From: Octopus bimaculoides
Taxonomy: Eukaryota
Length of the DNA: 42,977 bases
Assembly (NCBI RefSeq): GCF_001194135.2
Contig: NC_069000.1
Span: 27,918,958-27,961,934 of the forward strand
Reading direction: 5' to 3'
Shown here: one piece after another, positions 10,581 through 21,995 of the stretch
Position numbering within the stretch: the first letter of the stretch is position 1
Layout: every line of letters begins with the position of its first letter
Made by a program: the position numbers and the translations under genes
The notes under the pieces: generated by a model
Told to the model about the DNA's origin: nothing
The model's database searches: none
What the model saw: the letters and a program-made list of their open reading frames with translations, nothing else

Positions 10581-12941
10581 NNNNNNNNNNNNNNNNNNNN
10601 NNNNNNNNNNNNNNNNNNNNNNNNNNNNNNNNNNNNNNNNNNNNNNNNNNNNNNNNNNNNNNNNNNNNNNNNNNNNNNNNNNNNNNNNNNNNNNNNNNNN
10701 NNNNNNNNNNNNNNNNNNNNNNNNNNNNNNNNNNNNNNNNNNNNNNNNNNNNNNNNNNNNNNNNNNNNNNNNNNNNNNNNNNNNNNNNNNNNNNNNNNNN
10801 NNNNNNNNNNNNNNNNNNNNNNNNNNNNNNNNNNNNNNNNNNNNNNNNNNNNNNNNNNNNNNNNNNNNNNNNNNNNNNNNNNNNNNNNNNNNNNNNNNNN
10901 NNNNNNNNNNNNNNNNNNNNNNNNNNNNNNNNNNNNNNNNNNNNNNNNNNNNNNNNNNNNNNNNNNNNNNNNNNNNNNNNNNNNNNNNNNNNNNNNNNNN
11001 NNNNNNNNNNNNNNNNNNNNNNNNNNNNNNNNNNNNNNNNNNNNNNNNNNNNNNNNNNNNNNNNNNNNNNNNNNNNNNNNNNNNNNNNNNNNNNNNNNNN
11101 NNNNNNNNNNNNNNNNNNNNNNNNNNNNNNNNNNNNNNNNNNNNNNNNNNNNNNNNNNNNNNNNNNNNNNNNNNNNNNNNNNNNNNNNNNNNNNNNNNNN
11201 NNNNNNNNNNNNNNNNNNNNNNNNNNNNNNNNNNNNNNNNNNNNNNNNNNNNNNNNNNNNNNNNNNNNNNNNNNNNNNNNNNNNNNNNNNNNNNNNNNNN
11301 NNNNNNNNNNNNNNNNNNNNNNNNNNNNNNNNNNNNNNNNNNNNNNNNNNNNNNNNNNNNNNNNNNNNNNNNNNNNNNNNNNNNNNNNNNNNNAAAACAT
11401 TATTACATTATTACCCAGAAACGAAATTGAAAAAAAGGTTTAGGAAACGAATATGAAAACAGAAATGCACAGAAAGCAACGGGATGGGGAAGGATTTCGG
11501 AAAATTCACAAGATCCGAGTTTTTCCTTCATAACTTTTGGGAAAATGGGTTTTTTGAAATGAAATTTTATATAAATGCCTTTCAAATGGCATACATTACA
11601 ATTATAACGAAATTTGTGGGTAAAATCTTTTCCGAAGGGGTAGGAAGAGGACTTCAGAAAATTCACACGATCTGATTTTTTCCCTCGTAACTTTAAGGAA
11701 AATGGATATCTTTTAATGAAATTGTATACATACACCTTTCAAATGGCATGCATTACGGATGCCTAATGTGCCGTAAACCCCTTATTTTCGTTCGGAAAAA
11801 TAGGGTGGGGGAGAAACCAGAATAATTGGAAAATGTTTTTCTTTTTTCGATGAATGAATTACAGTGACCTAATATGCCACAATCTGCAATCTGGGACTAA
11901 AATATCAAGCAATTTTTAAGAGGTATGTAAAAGATTTTGTGTTTAAACATTATAATTCTACTTGTTTTACACACACAAACACTAACGTGGTTTTTTTAAG
12001 GATTTTTGTATCATTCTTTCTCTCTCCTGTTCAGACTTCATTACCACTAATTTTTATAACTTCAGCATTTTCACCTATTCTTTTCAAACTTGTTTGAATT
12101 TTCAATCTAATGTAATCCACACTCTAGAAAACATATTTCTGCAAAATGGAATCTTAAAATATGGGTAAAGGAAAGTGGCTAATGCAGTTTCGCTTCTCAC
12201 CTTCAAAAACACATTTATTACCCCACCCCCTTTTCTGAACAAAAATAAGGGGTTTGCGGCACATTAGGCATCCGTAATGCCTGCCTTTTGAAAGGTATAT
12301 ATATACAATTTCATTAAAAGATATCCATATTCCTTAAANNNNNNNNNNNNNNNNNNNNNNNNNNNNNNNNNNNNNNNNNNNNNNNNNNNNNNNNNNNNNN
12401 NNNNNNNNNNNNNNNNNNNNNNNNNNNNNNNNNNNNNNNNNNNNNNNNNNNNNNNNNNNNNNNNNNNNNNNNNNNNNNNNNNNNNNNNNNNNNNCTAAAA
12501 GTTATGAGGGAAAAACTCGGATCTTGTGAATTTCCGAAATCCTCCCAACCCCTGTTGCTTTCCATGCATTTCTGTTTTCATATTCGTTTCTTACACCTTT
12601 TTTTTTACACTTGTTGCACTATTTTTTTTTTTATTTCATTTCCGGATAATAATGTCAACAAAAGACTTTAAAATTTTTAAATGCTGATTTTTCTGTGACT
12701 AAAATTTCTTCAAGCAGTGCCCCAGCATGGCTGCAACTCTAATAACCACAAGTAAAAAAAAAAAAAAATTCTGGCGTCAATACATTCAACTAAAAATTTT
12801 TCAAGGTAGTGTCCCAGCATATCCACAGTCTAATGACAGAAACATGTAAAAGGTGAAAAAAAAAACAACAAAAAAATAACTGAAAAATATAACTGTGGGG
12901 CTTTTGTCTACTTTCACATTTAACTATGGGGCTTTTGTCCT
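9849..12941. mobile_element. Non-autonomous foldback-type DNA transposon with modular TIRs and a 15-bp TSD (MULE-like by analogy)
   Basis: Left end aggacaaaagcccc, right end ggggcttttgtcct. Arms 9849-~10022 and ~12790-12941 are reverse complements. Flanking direct repeats acacatgtttcaatc (9834-9848) and acacttgtttcaatc (12942-12956), 14/15 identical. Confidence 0.8.
11405..12655. repeat. Inner long inverted repeat (11405-11810 / 12221-12655) around a 410-bp spacer
   Basis: cattacggatgcctaatgtgccgtaaaccccttatt at ~11750-11790 versus its reverse complement at ~12245-12280. Similarity continues on both sides of gap 12339-12494, whose size matches the left arm. Confidence 0.9.
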
Positions 12942-13581
12942 ACACTTGTTTCAATCTGCTCACTATGTAAGCAGTGCTTTGGATCAGCAGGGTTCGAACC
13001 ATGTTAAGAGTTTTAGATGTAAAAAAGAACACATGGCCAGATATCTTCAAGGTAGCCTCATGCAAAAGGATAATGCTTGCATCTTTTTCCACAGGAATTC
13101 AAGTTGGTGGTAAAAAAACTTACTAGACAAGATAGATGAGGACCACATATTCATATGTTAAGTATGTAAGGTACGACCGTGCGAACCAAAGGAGATGGCA
13201 ACAAACAGGAACAGGCTCCTTTTAACGCGTTGCACGGTTGACACAAAACATGTAATATAACATAAGATGGCTCGCATGTGAGATGCGAGCAAGTGCCAGC
13301 TAGGAATGAGAGAGGGAGAGACACAACCGTTAGATATATATATATAAAGAGTAAGTTTTATTAGGGTAGTCAACTGTGTGTCTGTGTGTACGTGCATGCG
13401 GCAATATAAACAATACAATATGTATGACGGACCATCGTATAAAGAATAGTATGTGTACATAATATGTGTGTGCATGTGAGTGAGAAATACAGAGCATGGA
13501 ATAAGAGTCTGTAACAGACTATAAGAGTTCTGAACACAAAGATAAGAAAGTACTAGTTCTTAGAAGAGTTACACAGTAGGT

Positions 13582-13941
13582 GGAGGCGCAATGGCCCAGT
13601 GGATTCGCGGTTATAGGATCGTGGTTTCGATTCCCAGACCAGGAGTTGTGAGTGTTTATTGAGTGAAAACACCTAAAGCTCCAGGGGATGGTGGCAAACC
13701 CTGCTGTACTCTTTCACCACAACTTTCTCTCACTCTTACTTCCTGTTTCTGTTGTGCCTGTAATTCAAAGGGTCAGCCTTGTCACACTCTGTGTCACGCT
13801 GAATATCCCCGAGAACTACGTTATGGGTACGCGTGTCTGTGGAGTGCTCAGCCACTTGCATGTTAATTTCATGAACAGGCTGTTCCGTTGATCGAATCGA
13901 CTGGAACTCTCGACGTCGCAAGCGACGGAGTGCCAATAACA
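13582..13941 (+). mobile_element. tRNA-derived SINE with 11-bp TSD
   Basis: ggaggcgcaatggcccagtgg..ggtttcgattccc head. TSD acacagtaggt at 13571-13581 and 13942-13952. Confidence 0.9.
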
Positions 13942-14317
13942 ACACAGTAGGTAGAATGTCTGTACACAAAAGGTCGTGACCGAATAGCAGAGCTGAGGTG
14001 TCACATATTGTGTGTGAAGTTGAGCGTTGATGCTTCGACCAGTTACTTGGTACAGAAGATTCTCGCAGGTTGTTCTGGCTGTTATTTTCAAGGTGGAAAC
14101 AATCCACACAAACAGTGTTGAGATGGAACCACAGTTGCTGTTGGTTATGTGTACTCTGGTGGTGGTGTTGGCACTGGTGACGACATTGTAGTAGACAGTA
14201 GATCGGTGGTGTTGACGTCGTCACTGGAAACTGGCTGGAGCTGTGTTCTGTGTGTGGTCTACGACTAGACCTGAAAAGGTCTGAGGTTGCGACAAACTGG
14301 CGTGGATGAAACAAGAC

Positions 14318-14466
14318 TATTTATAGATAAAAAGGGGCTCCCGAAAAAGCAGAAAAACTCTCTCTCACGTGACCTTAACAGAAGGCCATGATTGGACGGT
14401 ATGCACCCTGGCGCGAAATAGAACTGTTGACACACAATAATAAGAGCCACACAAATAAGAGCCAAT
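14318..14466 (-). promoter_or_regulatory. Pol II promoter-like cluster (TATA, E-box, CCAAT x2)
   Basis: Minus-strand TATAAATA 14318-14325, CACGTG 14366-14371, minus-strand CCAAT 14391-14395, plus-strand CCAAT 14462-14466. Confidence 0.45.
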
Positions 14467-15774
14467 CAGGGTGGTGGACACAGCAGTCTAAGCGGCCGAA
14501 AGTTAGATGTTAGCCGTTACGTTATCATTCGTAAATAAATACCTGAAAGAGAGGTTTCACTACAAGTATCTATGTAATGTAAACATTAATTTGTTAGAAA
14601 AGTAAGAGAGGACATCGAAGAGTAATAGGGGGACGTATTAGCTAAGCAAAACTTTCTAAAAAGCGATTAGGGATTTAAAAAATTGATGGCTATGTGTTTT
14701 GAGGGACATTATGTAATCATTTAATAAAATATATAGACGATTAGGCTGTTGTGAGGGACATTATGTGATTAGGGTAAGATATTGTGAAGACGTTAAGTAA
14801 ACAGACTGAATTAAAGAGAAGAAAAGGGAGAAAGAAGAAAAATAAAATAACAAGAATATAAAGAGAAATAAATTTGCTGAGGGAAAGAATAATGAAATGA
14901 AAATTTTAGTTAATTGAAAGAAGCTAGAAAAAGCAATAAGTGATTAGGGATATATGATATAAAGTATATGTGTAGATTTTAATAATTTAAAGTTATGGCT
15001 AAGAAAGATTAGGCTATATTGTGTACTTAGGTGATTGTAAACTAGGAATTTAAATAAGATTCACTTGTAAAGAGGCTTGTATCTGCATTGGTTAAGATCA
15101 ATTAATAGTGAAGGGTATATATGTAAAATAAAATTTAAAAATACAGCTTTATCATTCAATTATGAAGAAAATTTTTCGTTACTTATTCTAAAGAAAAATT
15201 ATTGTTATTAGTATTATGTAGCATTTCAATGCACTAACAGATACATTCAATTATGCAGAAAAACTATTAGATGGATGAAAAAAATTATACTTACTTCTAT
15301 GAGGAATTTAAACCTCGCTACTTATGCTTAAAAAAATTATAATCAAGAACAACGGGTTACCTCCCTTTATCTATCTGGGAGAATGAATTTGGATTAACTG
15401 AGAGATGAAACAAATTTAGAAAGACGTATGTGGGAGATATAGAGAAGAATAATATTTATTCTGCAAGTGAAGCATACTGAAAGTAGAGTATGTACACATG
15501 CGAGTGCAATATTTAGATGCAAGTAGAGTCTCAATTATTACTGATGTTATGGTATAAGCATATAAATCAAGAATATAAGAGGATGATAAAAATATATTTA
15601 ATAGTAGAGTGTAGTGGTAGTAAAAGAAATATTTTCAAATAGGTAATTAATGTTAGTGTTGGTACATATAATTATATGAAATGTACTTATATTATAATTA
15701 AGTGAAGCATACAGAAAGTATGAGTATAAATTGTGTGGATGATATAGATATATGTATACATGCAATTTTATGTA

Positions 15775-16733
15775 CATATGTTGGTTGCGATGCCTGACCC
15801 AAAAGCCTTGTCTAGTTTCCTAACTAAATCCCGCTTTGTTTTCTTACATTCTACTGCTAGAGCCTTACTAAATCTAATCGATTCTGCTCTAATTGCCCTC
15901 TTGAGAGCAAACCACCAGTTGTTATTGATGATTGCCCCTGTCAATGCCTGCTTAACTAATAAACTAATCCGGTCTCTATAGGCTTTGCCCATCGTTAACG
16001 AACGTTTAGCTTCCAGTAACCAGGACCCTGTCTATGGAACCTATCTAAGTCGACTATACAGATCATGAATTTGTGGTCCATGTAGCCGACTATGTGGAAT
16101 TGTGGACATCCTATCCTGTCCTTATCCGCTGGCCTACAGAAAACTCTAAGTGCGATCTAGATGACCCGATGTAATTAGTCCAAGTCCACATTGGCACATT
16201 CGGGTTGTCTAGTTGATACCTGTCAGACAGCTGAAAGTGTCTGAAGAGGTTAGCGAGGCTCTTGCACCCCGCTCTCCTATCAAATTCTCCCGCGCCCACC
16301 TGATCAAAATGTTCATTTAAGACAGCATTTCAATCCCCAACTAGCACTAAAGTGCAGGACGTGCCCAAGAAAACCTCCAGATGCTTGAAATAATCCTGTT
16401 GGAGCATAGGCAGCCAGCAGTCTGAAGGTACCACCATCACTACCATCCACACCACCTTACCCTCTGGATCCAGGAAGACTGTCTTTATTTTCAAATCCAG
16501 GCCTTTCTGAAGTAACACTGCAGTACCATTACTGCCCGCTTCCAGCTGACACGGAGATAGAAAAATCTCGTATCAGCAGAAAGGGCAGCAAGTTCCCGTG
16601 GGTCAGAGAGCCTGGTTTCACTAATGGCTGCTACATCCACACTGTAAGACCTCAGGTCGTTCAACAGGTGACCTTGTTTCCAAGGCGACCTGAGATCTTT
16701 CACATTTATACTACCGATTCTGAGCACAACCAT
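15775..16733 (-). pseudogene. LINE ORF2 AP endonuclease domain plus linker (decayed)
   Basis: MVVLRIGSINVKDLRSPWKQGHLLNDLRSYSVDVAAISETRL, LVLVGD*NA, PNVPMWTW, WWFALKRAIRAESIRFSK. Several stops and frameshifts. Confidence 0.88.
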
Positions 16734-16773
16734 GTTTCAAAAAAAAGTATTTATACAGGAAAAAAAGCTCTAC

Positions 16774-18657
16774 TTACCGCTGTTGTCTGGTGGCTTCCTT
16801 GTGCTTCTGTGTGGGTATTTCCACCAGATTTCTAAAAAGGCTTATGGAGAAACTTCTCCCTAGTGACCCAACATTGTCTGGAAGTTTGTTTTTTATTTTG
16901 TCATAGTTCTCATTTGCAATTTTCAGTGTGAGTATGTGTGCTGGTGGTGTGTTGTGTGTGGGTATTACAAAATCTGAAATTTTCATGTCTGTATTGTTTT
17001 TCAAGTATGTCACTAGGTATTCATTTTTTGTGTTTATTGTTATAACGTTGGTATTGGTGGTGGTGGTGTCTGTGTGTGTGTTGGTGTGTGCAGTGGTAGT
17101 GGTGGAGAAGGTGTTGCTAAGTGTTGTGAGTGCATGTTGTTGTTGTTGTTGTTTGGTAGCTCTACTTTCTCGTGCCTCCCCAGTTTGTCAGTTGTTTCTC
17201 TATACTTCTTTTTTCTTTTCTTTTTCGGTGGCACTATGTACTACTCCCCTTTCTCACTATCAGTACTCGCACTCTCTGAGCTGATTTGGTCAGGAAAGGG
17301 GATGTCTTTGGGGTCTGTTTCAGTATTTTTTGAAATGTAGTTTTATCTGTAGTTGTTGGTGTTATCTCTGCTGAAATTGGTGTTGTTATTGTTGGTGGTG
17401 GTGAGGGTATCATTGTCTTCTTTTGGTATCATTGTTCTTGGTGTTGGTGTTGGTCTGGTGATGATTGGAGGTGGTGTCGCTTTTGGTGGTGGTGGTGGTG
17501 TTGGTGGTGGTGGTGTTGGTGGTGGTGGTGGTGGTGTTGGTGGTGCAGAAGCTTTTGGGTTTTGCTTCTGCTGCATCTCCTGTTGGTGTTGTTGTTGTTA
17601 CTACTGCTGCTGATGCAACTTCATTTTCTTCTCTGCCTCCATTCTTTCCTTATAAATTGGGCAATCTACTTTTATATGTTTTTTGCTGCTGCAGCGGTAG
17701 CACTTTGGTCTTTGCCCCTCTACAGCAATGTGTAGTCATGTTCCATACCTAACTCTATAAATTTGCCAGATAGCAAATTTATAGAGTCGGGTATGGAATT
17801 CGTGGTTTGTTGGTTGATCTGAGCGAGAAGCTCCATCCACATACCCGACCAGTTTTGGCTGTGCAATTTATGCACTTCCAAAATAGTGGAAGTGTCTTCT
17901 ATGTCGTAGAGGACAGCTGCCACTAGCCAGCATATGTTGAGTTCGGGCGGCACTTGCTCAATTTTTATTTTGTTACGCACCAACCAAGGTATGTCAGCAT
18001 GAGTAGCAAATCCTCTGTTTTGAGAGGTGTTGTAGATTGTTCTTTGGCAATTTCTTCTGTTGGGAAGCGAACTTCTACTGTTCCAAACTGCTTCCCTTTG
18101 GTCACAAAAGATTTTTTGCCTCAGATGGGCTTCAGTGCTATCTCCAACTGTTGTGGAGATGCACCTTCCATCTTTTTGTGTTTTACATTGAAAATCTTAT
18201 AAATTATCATTCTTCTGTTTGTTTCTTGTATTATTTGTTGTAGAGTGTTAAGGAAGACATTGTTTCCATCCTTCCTTAACAACTCCTTTGCGGTTTTTAT
18301 TTCATCCATTGCAACAGTGATTTCCTCCAAGCTTTGCTTTGTTGCGGAGGCGAAACCGTTACAATGGCTTCTGTTGTTGGTCTTGGAGGTGTCGCTGGTG
18401 TTGGGTTCTTTGTTGACTGTGTTGTTTCTCTCTTCCTCCTTCTCTGGTGTACATGCAATTGTGGTGGTGAGAGCCGAGAAATGCAGATCCGAAAGGCGGT
18501 TGAAGGAACAACCTTCATTTTCATCAGTAGTGCTGCACGAGGTGGAACGCTGTTTCACTTTTTCTTCTTTGCTTTTAAGGTGCGAATTGGGTGGAGTGTA
18601 TGGACATTTGACGTTTGACTTGTCTTGTCGTCCATTGGCAAAATTTACAAGTTTCAA
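16774..18657 (-). pseudogene. LINE ORF1 with CCHC zinc knuckle and microsatellite-expanded Pro/Thr/Asn/Gln tail
   Basis: VEGQRPKCYRCSSK(K)HIKVDCP (C-x2-C-x4-H-x4-C, 17661-17702, one-base frameshift). ORF pieces at 18121-18657, 17720-17983 and 17343-17576. Confidence 0.75.
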
Positions 18658-18877
18658 AGCAAAATTTCAAAGTTTCAAACGAAAATTTCGCCCCTAAAAG
18701 GGGAAAATTCCACCTAACTGACTAGCTCCACAAGAACCTAGTCAGCTTGGCTACACAAATATACAAAAATATCAATGGGTTTAACAAATTTTCCAATAAA
18801 ATTGGCCAACAACTTATGGAGCTTCTGGAGACATGTCTGTCCACTTTCAAAACAACAACAACAACAACAATGACAAC

Positions 18878-18912
<35 letters not shown>

Positions 18913-18920
18913 TAATAAGT

Positions 18921-20921
18921 TAGTCCAGTTATTGAATGAAATTGTGAGAGATCCTACAAAAACACAGACAAGTATAAAATTTTAACATCCATCCTTGTGG
19001 AGAAAACAAATTTATAGAACAGAACAATATTTTCCCCACTGAACAAAAAGGGTGCCAATGAGGCTCATATGGATGCAAAGACCAACTCTTAATCGATCAC
19101 ATGCTCCTTGAGAATTGTAATAACAAACGCAGAAATCTCAGTTCTGTATGGATTGATTATAAAAAGGCCTTTGACAGCATACCACATTCATGGATCTTGA
19201 AATCGCTGGATGTCTTTAAAATTTCCCCAGTGATTTCAAACTTCCTGAAACACACACAACGTCAGTGTCGAATACAAATCTCCAATTATACCACTCTAAT
19301 GGAGTACTGACCACAAAAAATATTAATATCAACTGCAGCATTTTCCAAGGTGACTCACTTTACCTTTAATTTTTTGCATAGCCCTAATAACCCTTACAAG
19401 TGAACTTAACAGAACAGAGTATGGATATAAAATTGGTGACAAGAAAATAAGTCATCTATTTTATATCAATGGCTTAAAACCCTATGGTAAAGACAATAAT
19501 GAGCCTGAAGGACTACTATGTACTGTGAAAGCATTCAGTGAAGACATCAAGATGGAATTTGGTCTTGATAAATGTGCCAAGGCCACTTTCCAGAAAGGGA
19601 AATTGAAGACCTCACATTCAATGGTGTTGGATATTGATACCGTCATAAAAGAATTCAAGCAGGAACAAACTTACAAATACCTCGGAATAATGAGGGCTCT
19701 GGCATTTTGCATGCAAGCATGAAAGAGATCAGGAAGGAATATTACAGGAGAGTTCAAGCAATCCTAAAATCTGAGTTAAAAGCACATAATAAGGTGTTAG
19801 CTGTAAATTCCCTAGCAGTTCTGGTTGTTATATACAGTTTCAATGTGCTGAACTGGAATATGAGCAAAATAAGGAAGATTGACAGGAAAATCTGTAAGCT
19901 GCTGGCTTGCAATAAGATGCACCACCCAAAGGCAGATGCGGATTGTCTTTACCTACCCAGAGCTCAAGAAGGTTGAGGCTTGATCTAATTTGAAATCTCT
20001 TGCAAAACCACCACAATTGGACTGGCAAAATATCTTGAAACATCTAACAACTGGCTGCTAAAGCTCATTGAAAACCATGAAAGTCATGTAACAAGCTTCA
20101 TTCTGTTATGAAGAAGATCAAAAAATTTTCAAGTGAGTTTATGCATAATGCCTAGGTTGAACAGCATGATGGAAGTGTAGTGACTGTAGTTGCAAAGAAG
20201 GTGAAATCAATGGCAAAGCAAAATGCATTTGAACAATTGGCTGACAGGTGGGAACAAAAAACCTCTGCATGGTAAATATGTTGCCCATAGCAAACAAGCT
20301 GATGTAAACCAGAAGCACACCCATCAGTGGCTATGGAGCTCAGGGCTAAAGGCAGAGTGAAGGCTTTATCTTGGCTGCTCAAGATTAGAGCTTATTGACT
20401 CAGAACTATCAAGCCAATGTGATGAAAAATGGTGTAGACTCAAAGTGCTGATATTGCAATGATGGGATTGAAACAGTAGACCATCTAATCTCTGGGTGTA
20501 AGGTTTTAGCACCTGTAGAGTGCAAATCATGACATGACAGAGTTGGCGAATATCTACATTGGATAATGTATCAGCATAAAAAAAATTCAAAACTGCTGAC
20601 AAATGATACAAAGCACCACCAGGAGGCCGTAACTGAGGGAGAAAATGTAACAATTCATTGAGACTTCCCAGTTGGTACAGATTGGATCATCAAAGTAAAT
20701 AAACCAGATACTGTTGTGAATGACCAAAACAATTAAGTTTGTTTATTGATTGACATGGGCATACCTTGTGACCATAATATCTCAGCAAAAGAATTTGATA
20801 AGCTCAGAAAATATAAAGATTTGTCAATCGAAATCAAAAAGATGTGGCATCTCAAGACGGTTACAATACCAGTGATTGCAGGAGCACTTGGAATGATCAA
20901 AAAAGGAAATGAAAATTATTT
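18921..20921 (+). mobile_element. R4/Dong-clade non-LTR retrotransposon (RT, CCHC, restriction-like endonuclease), 5'-truncated and decayed
   Basis: WIDYKKAFDSIPHSWI, MHHPKADADCLYLPR, and PD..LLIDMGIPCD..KYKDL..IPVIAGALG (PD-(D/E)xK). The 5' junction abuts an (AAC)/(AAT)n tract. Confidence 0.92.
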
Positions 20922-21365
20922 NNNNNNNNNNNNNNNNNNNNNNNNNNNNNNNNNNNNNNNNNNNNNNNNNNNNNNNNNNNNNNNNNNNNNNNNNNNNNNN
21001 NNNNNNNNNNNNNNNNNNNNNNNNNNNNNNNNNNNNNNNNNNNNNNNNNNNNNNNNNNNNNNNNNNNNNNNNNNNNNNNNNNNNNNNNNNNNNNNNNNNN
21101 NNNNNNNNNNNNNNNNNNNNNNNNNNNNNNNNNNNNNNNNNNNNNNNNNNNNNNNNNNNNNNNNNNNNNNNNNNNNNNNNNNNNNNNNNNNNNNNNNNNN
21201 NNNNNNNNNNNNNNNNNNNNNNNNNNNNNNNNNNNNNNNNNNNNNNNNNNNNNNNNNNNNNNNNNNNNNNNNNNNNNNNNNNNNNNNNNNNNNNNNNNNN
21301 NNNNNNNNNNNNNNNNNNNNNNNNNNNNNNNNNNNNNNNNNNNNNNNNNNNNNNNNNNNNNNNNN

Positions 21366-21478
21366 AAGGATGAAAGGTAAAGTCGACCTTGGCAAAATTT
21401 GAACTCAGAATGTAGCAATGGGTGAAATACCACTAAACATTTCATCCAGCGTGCTAACAATTTTGTAAGCTCACCGTC
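21366..21478 (-). mobile_element. tRNA-derived SINE, head half (rest in gap)
   Basis: Reverse complement gives ggtgagcttacaaaattgttagcacg..ctgagttcaaatttt..ggtcgactttacctttcatcc. Paralogous to 21615-21808. Confidence 0.75.
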
Positions 21479-21512
21479 TTAAATAATAATAATGATGATG
21501 ATGATGATGATG

Positions 21513-21566
<54 letters not shown>

Positions 21567-21814
21567 GTAATTATGATAATAATAATAATTATAATAATAA
21601 CAATCATAATAATCCTTTCTACTGGAGACACAAGGAAGGTAGTTGATTACATTGACCCCAGTTTTTCCCAGGTACTTAATTTATCAACATCGAAGGATGA
21701 AAGGCAAAGTCAACCTCAGCAGAATTTGAACTCAGAATGTAATGATGGGCGAAATACTGCTTAGCACTTCATCTGGTGTACTAACAATTCTGCCAGCTCA
21801 CCACCTTAATAATA

Positions 21815-21856
<42 letters not shown>

Positions 21857-21862
21857 GTGGTG

Positions 21863-21894
<32 letters not shown>

Positions 21895-21995
21895 GATGGT
21901 GATGGTGATGGTGATGATGATGACGATGATGACGATGATGATGATGATGATAACAATAATAAGAAGAAGAAGAAGAAGAAAAAGAAGAAGAAATT
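21479..21995. repeat. Compound trinucleotide microsatellites (AAT/GAT/GGT/AAG) on both sides of the SINE
   Basis: Read directly: 21479-21612 and 21809-21995. Confidence 0.95.
21615..21808 (-). mobile_element. tRNA-derived SINE flanked by trinucleotide tracts
   Basis: Reverse complement gives ggtggtgagctggcagaattgttag..ctgagttcaaattc..gttgactttgcctttcatcc..gtagaaagg(att)n. Confidence 0.8.

Larger units (their letters stand above)
13156..14564 (-). mobile_element. LTR-like CpG-rich non-coding element (may extend to 15776), with SINE insertion
   Basis: Minus strand starts TGTAGTGA and ends cttaaCA, with CCAAT, E-box, TATA and a downstream AATAAA in U3-R-U5 order. No matching TSD found. Confidence 0.45.
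15775..18845 (-). mobile_element. Tx1/L1-clade LINE, 5'-complete but lacking RT and 3' end
   Basis: 5' UTR ~18660-18845, decayed ORF1 and ORF2 apurinic endonuclease. Similarity stops near 15775. Confidence 0.85.

Noticed and set aside
13736-14314. 192-aa minus-strand ORF
   Set aside because: No recognisable domain and it reads through an antisense SINE; probably chance in GC-richer DNA.
14665-14949. TTAGGG telomere-like words
   Set aside because: Isolated single copies inside a GATTAGG motif, not a tandem telomeric array.
14565-15775. Possible mitochondrial insertion (AT-rich, strand-skewed, tRNA-arm-like gaggtttaaattcctc)
   Set aside because: No recognisable mitochondrial protein, rRNA or complete tRNA fold could be read.
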